Positions 21,217-31,674 of a DNA stretch of 64,000 bases are shown piece by piece (the stretch's first letter is position 1; each line of letters begins with the position of its first letter). A program made the translations under genes and the position numbers. Under the pieces are notes generated by a model that saw only the letters and a program-made list of their open reading frames with translations, had not been told where the DNA came from and ran no database searches. The stretch is taken from NCBI GenBank assembly GCA_021773305.1, contig JAJFKH010000019.1:2872-66871 (forward strand), in the 5' to 3' direction. The stretch is from Gammaproteobacteria bacterium. Lineage in GTDB: Bacteria > Pseudomonadota > Gammaproteobacteria > UBA1113.

Positions 21217-23151
21217 ATGAAACGTATAATTGGTGTAAAATTAAACAACCAAGAGTCTATTGTGGATCTCAATAATCGTTACGATGTTATTGTTGTGGGT
21301 GGTGGTCATGCTGGAACAGAAGCTGCCATGGCTGCTGCCCGGATGGGCGCAAAAACCTTATTATTGACCCATAATATCGAAACCTTAGGGCAAATGTCTT
21401 GTAATCCCGCGATTGGTGGTATTGGTAAAGGTCATTTGGTTAAAGAAATCGATGCCATGGGGGGGATCATGGCCCAGGCCATTGATAAGGCTGGGATCCA
21501 TTTTCGTACCCTAAATGGAAGTAAAGGGCCTGCTGTTCGAGCAACCCGCGCCCAGGCCGATCGAGTGCTTTATAAGCAGGCTGTCCGTCAATTTATTGAA
21601 AATCAAGAGAATTTAACGCTCTTCCAGCAAGGTGTTGATGATTTAATCATTGAGCAGGGTAGGGTTTCTGGGGTTGTGACTCAGATGGGGTTAAAATTTT
21701 ACAGTGCCACGGTGGTGCTCACTGTGGGCACGTTCCTTGGGGGAAAAATTCATGTGGGTTTTTCCAATTACCAAGGAGGACGAGCCGGTGATCCCCCTGC
21801 TAATGCTTTGGCGAATCGATTGCGAGAGCTACCATTTGCTGTGGATAGGTTAAAGACAGGAACGCCTCCCAGAGTGGATGGGCGAACTATTGATTATGCA
21901 CAATTGACAGTTCAGCATGGCGACCGTCCTTTACCGGTGTTTTCCTTTCAAGGAAAGGCTTCTGAGCATCCGGAACAAATTCCCTGTCATATTTCAGCAA
22001 CCACAGAAAAAACTCACGATATTATTCGAGGGGCGCTAGATCAATCGCCCATGTATACGGGCGTGATTGAAGGTGTTGGCCCCCGTTACTGCCCTTCCAT
22101 TGAGGATAAAGTGGTTCGTTTTGCAGATAAAAATTCCCATCAAGTTTTTGTAGAGCCTGAAGGGTTGACCACTCATGAAATTTACCCTAACGGAATTTCT
22201 ACGAGCTTGCCCTTCGATGTGCAGGTTGCGTTTGTACGCAGCATGGTTGGATTTGAAAATGCTCATATTACACGGCCAGGTTATGCGATAGAGTATGATT
22301 TTTTTGATCCACGAGGTTTGAAAATATCCTTAGAGACAAAATCTGTTTCAGGTTTATTTTTTGCCGGACAAATTAACGGTACCACCGGTTACGAAGAAGC
22401 GGGCGCTCAGGGATTAATTGCTGGGATGAATGCTGCAAGGCAAAGTCAAGGTGAGTTGCCGTGGACACCACGACGAGATGAGGGATATATCGGTGTGTTA
22501 ATTGATGACTTGACGCGTCTCGGCACATTAGAGCCTTATCGAATGTTTACAAGCCGAGCGGAATATCGTCTTTTACTGCGAGAAGATAATGCTGATCTTA
22601 GATTAACAGAAAAAGCAAGAGAGCTGGGTTTGATTGATGATTCTCGTTGGCAACGGTTCGAACAAAAGCGGGAAGCTGTTGAAAAGGAAAAGCAACGCTT
22701 AAAAAGCTATTGGATCCAACCAGGGAGTTCCGAAGGAGCGTTGTTAGAAACAATATTAGGAACAACATTAAGCCGAGAGTATAGCTTATTAGATCTTTTA
22801 CGTCGTCCAGAAATGGATTATAAAAAGCTGGCAGAAATGAAGGTTTTTGGCCCCTACCCCGACGATAATCAAGTGGCTGAGCAAGTTGAGATCCAAACCA
22901 AGTATGCCGGTTATATCGAACGTCAAGAGCTAGAAATAGCACGGTTACGCCGCAATGAATCTTTGAAAATCCCTAATGAGTTGGATTATGAAAAAATAAA
23001 AGGATTATCCAGCGAAGTCTGTGAGAAGCTACAGCACATTCGACCTGAGACAGTGGGTCAGGCATCTCGGATCCCGGGTGTGACTCCTGCGGCAATTTCT
23101 TTGATTTTAGTGTATTTGAAAAAAAGAGAATATCTTCGTGAGGTTGCTTGA
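21217..23151 (+). CDS. mnmG: tRNA uridine 5-carboxymethylaminomethyl modification enzyme MnmG (GidA)
   Basis: FAD-binding [47 protein letters not shown]. The ORF track start at 21046 would overlap the divergent gene; the ATG at 21217 has no SD. The GTG at 21262 is preceded by AAGAG and gives an E. coli-length N-terminus, so either may be the start. Confidence 0.9.
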   Translation: MKRIIGVKLNNQESIVDLNNRYDVIVVGGGHAGTEAAMAAARMGAKTLLLTHNIETLGQMSCNPAIGGIGKGHLVKEIDAMGGIMAQAIDKAGIHFRTLNGSKGPAVRATRAQADRVLYKQAVRQFIENQENLTLFQQGVDDLIIEQGRVSGVVTQMGLKFYSATVVLTVGTFLGGKIHVGFSNYQGGRAGDPPANALANRLRELPFAVDRLKTGTPPRVDGRTIDYAQLTVQHGDRPLPVFSFQGKASEHPEQIPCHISATTEKTHDIIRGALDQSPMYTGVIEGVGPRYCPSIEDKVVRFADKNSHQVFVEPEGLTTHEIYPNGISTSLPFDVQVAFVRSMVGFENAHITRPGYAIEYDFFDPRGLKISLETKSVSGLFFAGQINGTTGYEEAGAQGLIAGMNAARQSQGELPWTPRRDEGYIGVLIDDLTRLGTLEPYRMFTSRAEYRLLLREDNADLRLTEKARELGLIDDSRWQRFEQKREAVEKEKQRLKSYWIQPGSSEGALLETILGTTLSREYSLLDLLRRPEMDYKKLAEMKVFGPYPDDNQVAEQVEIQTKYAGYIERQELEIARLRRNESLKIPNELDYEKIKGLSSEVCEKLQHIRPETVGQASRIPGVTPAAISLILVYLKKREYLREVA

Positions 23152-23728
23152 TGACGGGTTGTTACAGTTAGGTATAAAAACAACCTCTTTTCAACGGCAA
23201 CAGTTTGTAGATTTTTTGAGTTTGTTGCAAAAATGGAAAAAAACCTATAACTTAACCGCTATCGATTCTATTGATGAGATGGTTGTCTTGCATCTTTTCG
23301 ATAGTGCCGCAGTGGCTCCTCATCTTCAAGGCGAAAAAATATTGGATGTTGGAACGGGTGCCGGTTTGCCCGGGATCCCTTTAGCCATTTTATTTCCAGA
23401 AAAGCAATTTTATCTGTTGGATAGTAACCAAAAAAAAATCACATTCATTCAGCAAGTAAAATTAACCTTGAATATAAATAACATTCACCCTATTAAGCGG
23501 CGAGTTGAAGATTATCATCCAGCACAGGACTTTGATTGTATTATCAGCCGAGCCTTTGCTTCCATTGATAAGTTTTCATCCTGCTGTGAACATTTAGCTT
23601 CTGAAAATAGTCGCCTTATTGCGATGAAAGGAAAAATATCAACCCATGAAATTCAATCCTGTGGAGGGGACATTATTAACTTGGAGATCCCTTTTCTTGA
23701 TCAAGAGCGGTGCTTGGTCATATTGTGA
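23138..23728 (+). CDS. rsmG: 16S rRNA (guanine527-N7)-methyltransferase RsmG (GidB)
   Basis: 196 aa. SAM motif [17 protein letters not shown]. Overlaps the mnmG stop; GTG start. Confidence 0.9.
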   Translation: MRLLDDGLLQLGIKTTSFQRQQFVDFLSLLQKWKKTYNLTAIDSIDEMVVLHLFDSAAVAPHLQGEKILDVGTGAGLPGIPLAILFPEKQFYLLDSNQKKITFIQQVKLTLNINNIHPIKRRVEDYHPAQDFDCIISRAFASIDKFSSCCEHLASENSRLIAMKGKISTHEIQSCGGDIINLEIPFLDQERCLVIL

Positions 23729-23810
23729 GCTACAAGACTATCGATTTTCGTTTGATTTTTGACGTGGTATCATGATGGCTAGGTAAGAAGAGGCGAAGCT
23801 GGAAAACACA

Positions 23811-24599
23811 ATGGTCAAAATTATTGCATGTGCGAATCAAAAAGGTGGTGTTGGAAAAACAACAACATGTATTAATTTAGCCGCTTCTTTGGCAGCGACA
23901 AAGCGAAAAGTGTTGCTTGTTGACTTAGATCCTCAAGGCAATGCTACCATGGGGAGTGGCGTTGACAAGAATGAGGTGCCCTATACCACAAGCAATGTGC
24001 TGTTATCAGAAATTGCTATTGAAAAGGCGATTATTCACAGTGAAGCAGCCGGTTTTGATGTATTGCCTGCTAATGGGGAGTTAACGGCGACGGAAATCTC
24101 TCTCATGCAAACAAAAGATAGAGAGTTTCGTCTAAAAAAAGCGTTGGCGGAGATTAAAGCGTGTTATGACTATATTCTCATTGACTGCCCTCCTTCTTTA
24201 AATATGGTGACAATTAATGGTCTAGCTGCGTCCAATGGCGTATTGATTACCATGCAATGCGAATATTATGCCCTTGAAGGGTTATCAGGTCTGGTCGAAA
24301 CCATTGAAAAAATCAAAGAAAGAGTGAACCCCGAGCTTAGCATCGAAGGGGTACTACGAACCATGTATGATGGTCGAAATCGTTTAGCCCAAGAAGTGAC
24401 AGAGCAGCTTAAAGTTTATTTTGAAGATAAACTATATCGCACCGTGATCCCACGCAATGTTCGTTTGGCCGAAGCACCCAGTTATGGGCTTCCTGCATTG
24501 AAATATGAACCAAAATCTATGGGCGCTCAAGCCTATCTTGCACTCGCTGGAGAAGTCTTGCGTCGTCAGGAAGAAACCGAAGAGACTAGCGTTTTTTGA
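23811..24599 (+). CDS. parA: chromosome partitioning ATPase ParA/Soj
   Basis: 262 aa. Deviant Walker A KIIACANQKGGVGKTTT. Confidence 0.93.
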   Translation: MVKIIACANQKGGVGKTTTCINLAASLAATKRKVLLVDLDPQGNATMGSGVDKNEVPYTTSNVLLSEIAIEKAIIHSEAAGFDVLPANGELTATEISLMQTKDREFRLKKALAEIKACYDYILIDCPPSLNMVTINGLAASNGVLITMQCEYYALEGLSGLVETIEKIKERVNPELSIEGVLRTMYDGRNRLAQEVTEQLKVYFEDKLYRTVIPRNVRLAEAPSYGLPALKYEPKSMGAQAYLALAGEVLRRQEETEETSVF

Positions 24600-26079
24600 A
24601 TCTAAAATAAATTCCAACTCCGATTAAAGATAAGACAAAATTTATGATCATGAGACTATGAAACCCGTGGACAAAGCTGGTGTTAGCCAGCTGTGAGGCT
24701 TGGGTAAATTGTTCCGCTGGAAAGGCATGTTTGAAGTTTTCAATATTTTGAGTGCCGTTGGAAAATTGATTAAGGTAGTCCGCTTGCTTTTCAGAAAATG
24801 TAAAATGGGCGTTTGACAGCTGCTCTTGTAGTTTTTGATAACTTAGCCAATTGAGTTGTGCACCATTGAGAGCGACACCAAAACTAGAACTCAGAAAAGT
24901 TAACGTAAAGAAAACACCAACAGCTAAGCTACCCATAGATTTTTCAACAGAGGCCACAGCGCCACTAAATGTACTGGGTATATTTAGCCCAGTGGCAATA
25001 CCATAGAGGAATAATGCTATGGCTAATAGCCAAAAAGCATGACTTGCATCGACAAAACAAAGTAGCATAAAGCAAATGGCGCTACATAACATAGACAGTA
25101 ACATGGGTTTTTCAAAACCTATCCTATCAAGAAAGACACCAGTGATAGGAGACACAATACCCAGCATAATAGACATACAGAGCATCCAAAGACCTGTGAT
25201 CACAGGATTGTAATGACGAATGTTTTGCAAAAACAATGGGAGCACAAAAAGTAGCATGCTCCAACCATACATAAAAATAACACGGAGAATCGATGAAAGG
25301 TTATAGTCACGATAGCAAAAGAGTTGAAAATTAATCAGCGGATGGGCTTGTTTTTTTTCAAAAAAGTAAAAAATAATGAGTGAAGTAGCTCCGCAGATAA
25401 GACATAGAATAAAAGAGGTGAGAGACCAAAGATGGAGGTTGTTGATGGCTGTAAGCGTTAATCCTAATCCTAAACTTAAAATCAAAATCCCTGCTAGGTC
25501 AATTTTTTCCTGAGAATGGGTGGGCTGATCCGCAGCATAGGCCCCCCGTGTAAGAAAAAAGGACAGCAGGCAAAAAGGAAGGTTGAGGAGAAAGATCCAA
25601 TGCCAAGAAAAAAACTGCAAAATAATGCCGCCCACGGTAGGGCCAATGGCTTGAGCAGCACCTGAGAGTGTGACAGAGATGCCGACGGCTAATCCTCGTT
25701 GATTGAGTGGGAAGGATTCTAGTGTCATCACAAGGGACAATCCTAGGGTAAAAGCAAAACCAACTCCCTGTAATAAGCGTCCAGCCACTAAGAGTGGATA
25801 GGCATTGCTACAGCCTGCAATCAAAGAGCCGAGGAAAAAGAAGGATACGCCAATGAGGAATATACGGCGCTTGCCGTAGATTTGTGCAAGTCTTCCTCCT
25901 ATTACGAATAAAATAGCCGCACAGAGTAAATAAATATTAATGATCCACTGCATTTGGGGAAGGGAGATATCCATGGTTTTAGCAATGGTCGCAAGGGCTA
26001 AATTAACAATGCTTGTATCAAGGTTAACTAAAACGATCATAATGCCCGTGCTAAACAGTATGAGCCATTTTTTATCCAT
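24586..26079 (-). CDS. MFS transporter, DHA2 (EmrB/QacA-like, 14 TMS) family
   Basis: 497 aa, hydrophobic. Typical MFS motif GGRLAQIYGKRRIFLIG. Encoded antisense between parA and parB. Confidence 0.7.
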   Translation of the reverse strand: MDKKWLILFSTGIMIVLVNLDTSIVNLALATIAKTMDISLPQMQWIINIYLLCAAILFVIGGRLAQIYGKRRIFLIGVSFFFLGSLIAGCSNAYPLLVAGRLLQGVGFAFTLGLSLVMTLESFPLNQRGLAVGISVTLSGAAQAIGPTVGGIILQFFSWHWIFLLNLPFCLLSFFLTRGAYAADQPTHSQEKIDLAGILILSLGLGLTLTAINNLHLWSLTSFILCLICGATSLIIFYFFEKKQAHPLINFQLFCYRDYNLSSILRVIFMYGWSMLLFVLPLFLQNIRHYNPVITGLWMLCMSIMLGIVSPITGVFLDRIGFEKPMLLSMLCSAICFMLLCFVDASHAFWLLAIALFLYGIATGLNIPSTFSGAVASVEKSMGSLAVGVFFTLTFLSSSFGVALNGAQLNWLSYQKLQEQLSNAHFTFSEKQADYLNQFSNGTQNIENFKHAFPAEQFTQASQLANTSFVHGFHSLMIINFVLSLIGVGIYFRFKKR

Positions 26080-26181
26080 TTAACGATCCATTTGGAGCCA
26101 GAGTAAAGGTGAGTATACATGAACCATGAAATTTTTCTGTGGCTGGGGTATTATGCTTTCGATAAGTATGATTGATTCATT

Positions 26182-27072
26182 GTGGAGTGGTGTGTGGCTA
26201 ATAAGAGAGCAAGCCTAGGTCGGGGATTGGATAAACTATTAAACAACCCATCCCTGCTGGATGATACCCCGAAATCCCCTTCTGCAAAACAAGGGTTGCA
26301 AGAAATCTCAGTGGAGTGTATCCAAGTGGGTCAGTATCAGCCGCGAAAAGATATGGATGTCACAGCCCTTGAGCAATTGGCAAACTCTATTCACCAACAA
26401 GGTGTCTTACAGCCCATTGTCATCCGCCCTATTTCTGATGATCGCTATGAAATTGTTGCTGGTGAGCGTCGTTGGCGAGCGGCTCAAATGGCGGGATTAA
26501 AAAAAATTCCTTCTGTTATCAAAGAGCTATCCGATCAAGTTACCATGGCAGTGGCTCTCATTGAAAATATCCAACGAGAGAATCTAAATCCTATTGACGA
26601 ATCCATGGCCATTCAACGATTGATTGAGGAATGTGCAATGACTCACCAACAAGTGGCAGAATCTTTGAGCAAATCCAGAGCTAGCGTGAGTAATTTATTA
26701 CGTTTAGCCAATTTGACGGCAGAGGTTCGGGATTTTGTTCGCCAGAGAGATATCGAGCTAGGCCATGCTAAAGTGCTCCTTGGGTTAGAGGGGATCGAGC
26801 AAATTCAAGCGGCTAGAGTTGTCATCGAAAAAGGCCTGTCTGTACGAGAGACAGAAGCTTTAATCAAAAGGATACAATCTCCCCCCGGCTCCGGGAGCAG
26901 CCTTTATCCGAGTAAAACAATAGATCCAGCATTGCTTCACCTACAAAATAGCCTGTCAGAAAAATTGAACACAGAGGTGAAACTAGGGCACAATCAAAAA
27001 GGTAAAGGTAAATTAGTTATTCATTACAACAACTTGGAAGAATTGGACATTATTATGGAGCGGATCCAGTAG
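26182..27072 (+). CDS. parB: chromosome partitioning protein ParB/Spo0J
   Basis: ParB box GERRWRAA, HTH region, KRASLGRGLDKLL N-terminus. GTG start at 26182 (alternative GTG at 26194). Confidence 0.9.
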   Translation: MEWCVANKRASLGRGLDKLLNNPSLLDDTPKSPSAKQGLQEISVECIQVGQYQPRKDMDVTALEQLANSIHQQGVLQPIVIRPISDDRYEIVAGERRWRAAQMAGLKKIPSVIKELSDQVTMAVALIENIQRENLNPIDESMAIQRLIEECAMTHQQVAESLSKSRASVSNLLRLANLTAEVRDFVRQRDIELGHAKVLLGLEGIEQIQAARVVIEKGLSVRETEALIKRIQSPPGSGSSLYPSKTIDPALLHLQNSLSEKLNTEVKLGHNQKGKGKLVIHYNNLEELDIIMERIQ

Positions 27073-27198
27073 GGTTTTATTTGTGTTAAACATAGATAAT
27101 TTTTTGCTTTAAAAAGACTTTTTAATTTAAGTTTGCTTTAAGCTTTGTTGGATATACTTTGCACTTGCGCGTTATGCAACCATAAAAAGGACAATAGC

Positions 27199-30100
27199 AT
27201 GCCTATAACCTTCATAAAACCAAGTTCTTGTGCCGATGCCGAGAAAACGGTTATTGCTGACTTGCCTAAGAAAATACATTTATTATATTCTGGCTCCCCA
27301 TGTTGTGACGTTAAGAAATCTGATTTTAAATACGATCTATCCAGATTAAAACGACATTACCAACAATTTTTTAAGCAGCTTAAACTGAAGCCAGACCTTA
27401 TGGATCCTATTTTCAATAGAATGATCTCCGATCTTAAATGGGGGCATTCTGAACTACCTCAGATGAAAGAGTTTTTAGAAACGATTCTTGTTTATGGGAG
27501 GGAAGAGAAAGATACGTCTCAAATAAAGCAATTGCTTAAGGATTTTTCCCAAAATCAACTGATATGCTTTCCTGGAATTGTCACAAACCTTTCCGCAATT
27601 ATTTATCGCCTTGAAATAGGAGACACGCCTGAAGCTTGGTTGGGTGATCTGAGAGAGATTATCTTTGAGCAGGCTATCCAAGGGTTTCTTAAGGCGAATC
27701 CGGTTCGAATCGAAGAGGGGATGGAAATACATTTTTTTAACAACCTAAAATTATCACCAATAGTGGCGGACTTAAGCTTACCTTCAACGCATAGATTAAG
27801 AACAGTGAAGGATCCTTATAGATATGCTCATGAGTTTGTGCTGACAGCAGAAGAATGTATAAATATTCGAGATAGATTTTGGTTAAACTATCTAAGTGAA
27901 GATTTTACGCAGCAGATTAAAAAAATTTTTGAAAATGCATTACAATGTTTTTGGGAAGGTGAGTTTGGTGCTACGGATGGAAGGGGGGAGGAGCTTCATG
28001 GAAAGGAGAAAATCGCACAAGCAAATGAAGATCGCGATAATGTTCTGCGGATCACAAAACCTTTTGTTGATGCAGAAATACTGGAGGATGGGTTCTCTGT
28101 TTTAACAATGGATGGAAATAACCTGAGTAAAGAATTTAAAGAAAAGCTAGAGAGTTATTGCCAGCAATTATTAGAAAAAGATTTTTTGTATACAAAAAAT
28201 CAGAAGCAAACATTAATCACTTCTTTTTATGATTATCTTTTAGATGAAAATCCTAGGGAGCGCCTAAAAGATTATAAGATTTTGACTCAAACTCCATTAG
28301 GATTTGAGTTTTTAATCTCTTCTATGCTCGATCCACATTTCCCTATTGATTTGATTCGGGCTAAACGAATGAAGGATTTACTTTATGTTTCTATAAATGA
28401 GCAGTCGCACTCAATAGGATGTCGTTTAAAATTAGCGCTTACAACCTCTGTGTATGATGAGTTTTTTAAAGATCTTGCCCATCACCTATTGGCCCACGTG
28501 GATATTCCAACCTGGTCAAGAACGCTTCCTAAGGGAACGCTTTTTGAAGGACTTTCTATTTTATCATTAATCTATATGCATCCTGTTTTGCAAGAAAAGG
28601 TGTTACTTACTTTGTTTGAAAAACATGCGGGTGAAATAAAAAATCATGGGGAAGTGTTTGGTAAGGCTATTTCGACACCATTGTGGGTAAATAAAAATAG
28701 TGTCTTAACAATTCTTAATATTACAAAAGATGATTTTAATTTTTTGGCCCCGCTGCTTTCACCTAATGTGGGCGTTGCACCATTTCTGGATATGAATGTG
28801 TTTTTTGTGAGTTTCCTGGAAGAAACACTACTAAGCCGTTTTGTAAAAAATGGATTGATGGCAGAAGTTCAAGACTATTTTATGAGGAATATAGATAAGT
28901 TAATAGGCTATCTCATGGATAGACCTGTGGATGTGTTTGGAGAAGATATCAACCTAGCAAAAATGCTAACATGTGAATCTGGAAGAAAAGATTTAGATAT
29001 CCTCTTTAATGATTTGAAATTAAAAGACCGTCTTCTTTATTCAGAACTATTTTTTAATGAATGTATTAAACAAATAACGGTAGATCCAGGAATAAAAGAA
29101 TACAGCGCTTTGGGGCTTTTGTGCAAAGAAAAAGAAGAATGGTTTTTTTCTCTCTTAGAACATAAAGCTTTTGTTGATAAAGTTGCCAACAATATAAATT
29201 TTTATGGCGCTTTATTTACAAAAAATAGATTATCTGAGGGAACAATTATTGTAATAGATAAATTGTTTCCTCTACGTAGGGGACAGAATATTTTACAAGC
29301 CATAGCCGCCCATGATGATTTTCCTTTTAAAACGTTAGCCAATAACGTAGAAACTGATGAATTATTTCAACTGCTTTGTGTCATAGGCCATTCAGGATTT
29401 ATCGATTGGTTTGCAGCGTTGAATGAAAATTTAGCTAACATAGCTGAGAATAAAGAAGCTTTTCTTGCAAAAGAGTTAATGAGTAATTTGAGCTTCCCTG
29501 AAAGGGCTTTTTGGTTGATTAAAAACTTTGATCTTAATGTAAACCAGCAAGACCACCGTGGTACTACAGCGCTTCACTGGGCTTGTATTAACGAGAGGGT
29601 TGACGTTATTAAATTATTGCTGGCGCATGATAACATTGATGTCAATCTACAGGATAACCGCAGACGAACCGCTCTTCACGAAGCTTGCTGTACAACAAAC
29701 CCTCAACCCATCCTTAAAGTATTGCTAACTTATCCTGGTATAGAAATTAATGGTGTGGCAGATCGTTTAGAAACGCCATTGTCTCTTCTTTGCAAGTATC
29801 ACGAAGATCTCATTTCATTGTTGTTGCAACAAGGAACTTGTCATAATATTAATGCTTCTTTTAAAACAGGATTCATTTCGAAATTATTTTTATTATTGGA
29901 AAAAAAACCTGAGCTATTAGGGCAAACAATTAACTTTGAAGGCCCTAATGCTAAAAATTATAGTAAGAAGCTCACACAGTTACGGCAAAAACAATTTAAA
30001 AAAGCCTGGAAAAAGGATAAGCTTGACTTACTCCAAGCCTTAGCACACTTGCCGGATCTTGATATGAACCAATCCGATAAGGATGGCGTTCCTTTTTTTG

Positions 30101-31674
30101 TTTGGGCTTGCCATTATGGGAACATTGAGCTTGTCCAGAAGTTACTGAAAAAAGATATTAATATTAATCAAATAGGTGATTTTGAGAAAACGCCGTTGAT
30201 AGCGGCTTGTGAGCGATTTCAAGTTGATATTGTAAAGTTGCTGCTAAATCAAATAGGTATTAACATTGAATGGAAAGATCGTCATAAAAAAGATGTATTG
30301 GATTATGCTTGTTTACAATATGAAACAGAGATTATCCAGCTATTGATGACAAGAGACGATGTCAATATTAACCGTCCTATTGATGGCGAAGAATTTTTAT
30401 TACATTGGCTTTATGCTAATAAATATATGGAACTGCTGTACGAACTTCTTCAGCGAAAAGATTTGGATGTAAACTGTAAGGATGCCAATGGACAAACTTT
30501 ATTGCAGGAAGCATGTGACAAAGAAAATTTATCTTTGGTTGAAGCATTGCTAAATCATAAAAATATAGAAGTAAATGCCATAAATGAAAACACAATGCAA
30601 ACAGCCGCACATATTGTTTGTATGAAAAATAACATTAATTTTGTTAAAGTATTGTTAAACGCTAACGCTGATGTAAATCAAGAAGATATCAATGGGCTAC
30701 GGCCTTTGCACTTTGCATGTAATTTCGGTAATGTAGATATCGTTCAAGCATTATTACTGCATGATAAGACTGAGTTGTTTGCAAAAGATGATAGAGGCGA
30801 AACAGCTTTTGATATCGCTTTTCGCCAAGATTATTCGAATATTGTGGTGCTGTTTTTAAATAATAATAATGCTAATTTCCATGTCAACCAAAAAGGTGAA
30901 AATGGTGAGACTCTGCTTCATCTCGCTTGTTTTTATGGGTATGAAAAAATAGTACACTTGCTGCTGGGCCGAGAAGATACGCAGATTAACCATCGAGATG
31001 ACTACGGACAAACCGCACTGAATGGCGCTTGCTTTAACGGCCATATTGCGATTGTTAATGAGCTTCTAAATCAAAAAGATATTGATGTCAACTGTGCTGA
31101 TGATGGTAATCACACCGCTTTTTATTGCGCCCTTGCAAAGAATCATATTGCTATCATTGAGCGTCTTTTAGCGCACCCAGATCTTGAAGTCGTTTCGTGT
31201 CTGGTAATGTTGCTTGAGCATAACAATATGGATGTGCACAATGAAAAACAACACAAGAATATTGTTACATGTTTTATAAAATATATCCCGGCTATGCAGC
31301 ATATCCACCATCTTTTGGCCATATTAGAGGCGATTGGTGTTGGTAAAGGGAATAAAAAAGGAGACAATGCTATATTGTCTGAGTTGCGTTATCGAAATTT
31401 AAAAACGGTGAAACTGTTTAAAGAAATGGGATACCGTGAAACCAACGATACAGAGAAACTGGCCCTAGAAATCTTTTCTAGAGCAGAAGATCTTTTGAAA
31501 GAAAGGGACTATCAGATAGATTCTAATGATGAGTATGAGAAATTTGAAGGGATTTATAATCGACAAATTACTCGTAAACCTAAAAAGGAAAAAATCGAGA
31601 AGCAGTTAGCAGCTTTTGATAAAAAGGTTATTAAGCAGTTCGAAGGGGCTAACGTACAACTCCCACAACCATAA
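27199..31674 (+). CDS. giant ankyrin-repeat protein, paralog 1: N-terminal ~850-aa domain of unrecognised family, ~12-15 ankyrin repeats, conserved C-terminal ~130-aa module (effector candidate)
   Basis: ORF open from 27145; ATG at 27199 (MPITFIKPSS) has an AAGGA SD. ANK consensus repeats from about aa 780 (TALHWACINERVDVIKLLL, etc.). About 45-50% identity to the downstream paralog over the full length. Confidence 0.75.
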   Translation: MPITFIKPSSCADAEKTVIADLPKKIHLLYSGSPCCDVKKSDFKYDLSRLKRHYQQFFKQLKLKPDLMDPIFNRMISDLKWGHSELPQMKEFLETILVYGREEKDTSQIKQLLKDFSQNQLICFPGIVTNLSAIIYRLEIGDTPEAWLGDLREIIFEQAIQGFLKANPVRIEEGMEIHFFNNLKLSPIVADLSLPSTHRLRTVKDPYRYAHEFVLTAEECINIRDRFWLNYLSEDFTQQIKKIFENALQCFWEGEFGATDGRGEELHGKEKIAQANEDRDNVLRITKPFVDAEILEDGFSVLTMDGNNLSKEFKEKLESYCQQLLEKDFLYTKNQKQTLITSFYDYLLDENPRERLKDYKILTQTPLGFEFLISSMLDPHFPIDLIRAKRMKDLLYVSINEQSHSIGCRLKLALTTSVYDEFFKDLAHHLLAHVDIPTWSRTLPKGTLFEGLSILSLIYMHPVLQEKVLLTLFEKHAGEIKNHGEVFGKAISTPLWVNKNSVLTILNITKDDFNFLAPLLSPNVGVAPFLDMNVFFVSFLEETLLSRFVKNGLMAEVQDYFMRNIDKLIGYLMDRPVDVFGEDINLAKMLTCESGRKDLDILFNDLKLKDRLLYSELFFNECIKQITVDPGIKEYSALGLLCKEKEEWFFSLLEHKAFVDKVANNINFYGALFTKNRLSEGTIIVIDKLFPLRRGQNILQAIAAHDDFPFKTLANNVETDELFQLLCVIGHSGFIDWFAALNENLANIAENKEAFLAKELMSNLSFPERAFWLIKNFDLNVNQQDHRGTTALHWACINERVDVIKLLLAHDNIDVNLQDNRRRTALHEACCTTNPQPILKVLLTYPGIEINGVADRLETPLSLLCKYHEDLISLLLQQGTCHNINASFKTGFISKLFLLLEKKPELLGQTINFEGPNAKNYSKKLTQLRQKQFKKAWKKDKLDLLQALAHLPDLDMNQSDKDGVPFFVWACHYGNIELVQKLLKKDININQIGDFEKTPLIAACERFQVDIVKLLLNQIGINIEWKDRHKKDVLDYACLQYETEIIQLLMTRDDVNINRPIDGEEFLLHWLYANKYMELLYELLQRKDLDVNCKDANGQTLLQEACDKENLSLVEALLNHKNIEVNAINENTMQTAAHIVCMKNNINFVKVLLNANADVNQEDINGLRPLHFACNFGNVDIVQALLLHDKTELFAKDDRGETAFDIAFRQDYSNIVVLFLNNNNANFHVNQKGENGETLLHLACFYGYEKIVHLLLGREDTQINHRDDYGQTALNGACFNGHIAIVNELLNQKDIDVNCADDGNHTAFYCALAKNHIAIIERLLAHPDLEVVSCLVMLLEHNNMDVHNEKQHKNIVTCFIKYIPAMQHIHHLLAILEAIGVGKGNKKGDNAILSELRYRNLKTVKLFKEMGYRETNDTEKLALEIFSRAEDLLKERDYQIDSNDEYEKFEGIYNRQITRKPKKEKIEKQLAAFDKKVIKQFEGANVQLPQP

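Noticed and set aside
27145-27198. Upstream Met (27145) for the first giant gene
   Set aside because: The ATG at 27199 has a good SD (AAGGA, 8-nt spacer) and aligns with the start region of the paralog. The first 18 codons (MLDILCTCALCNHKKDNS) have no counterpart in paralog 2.
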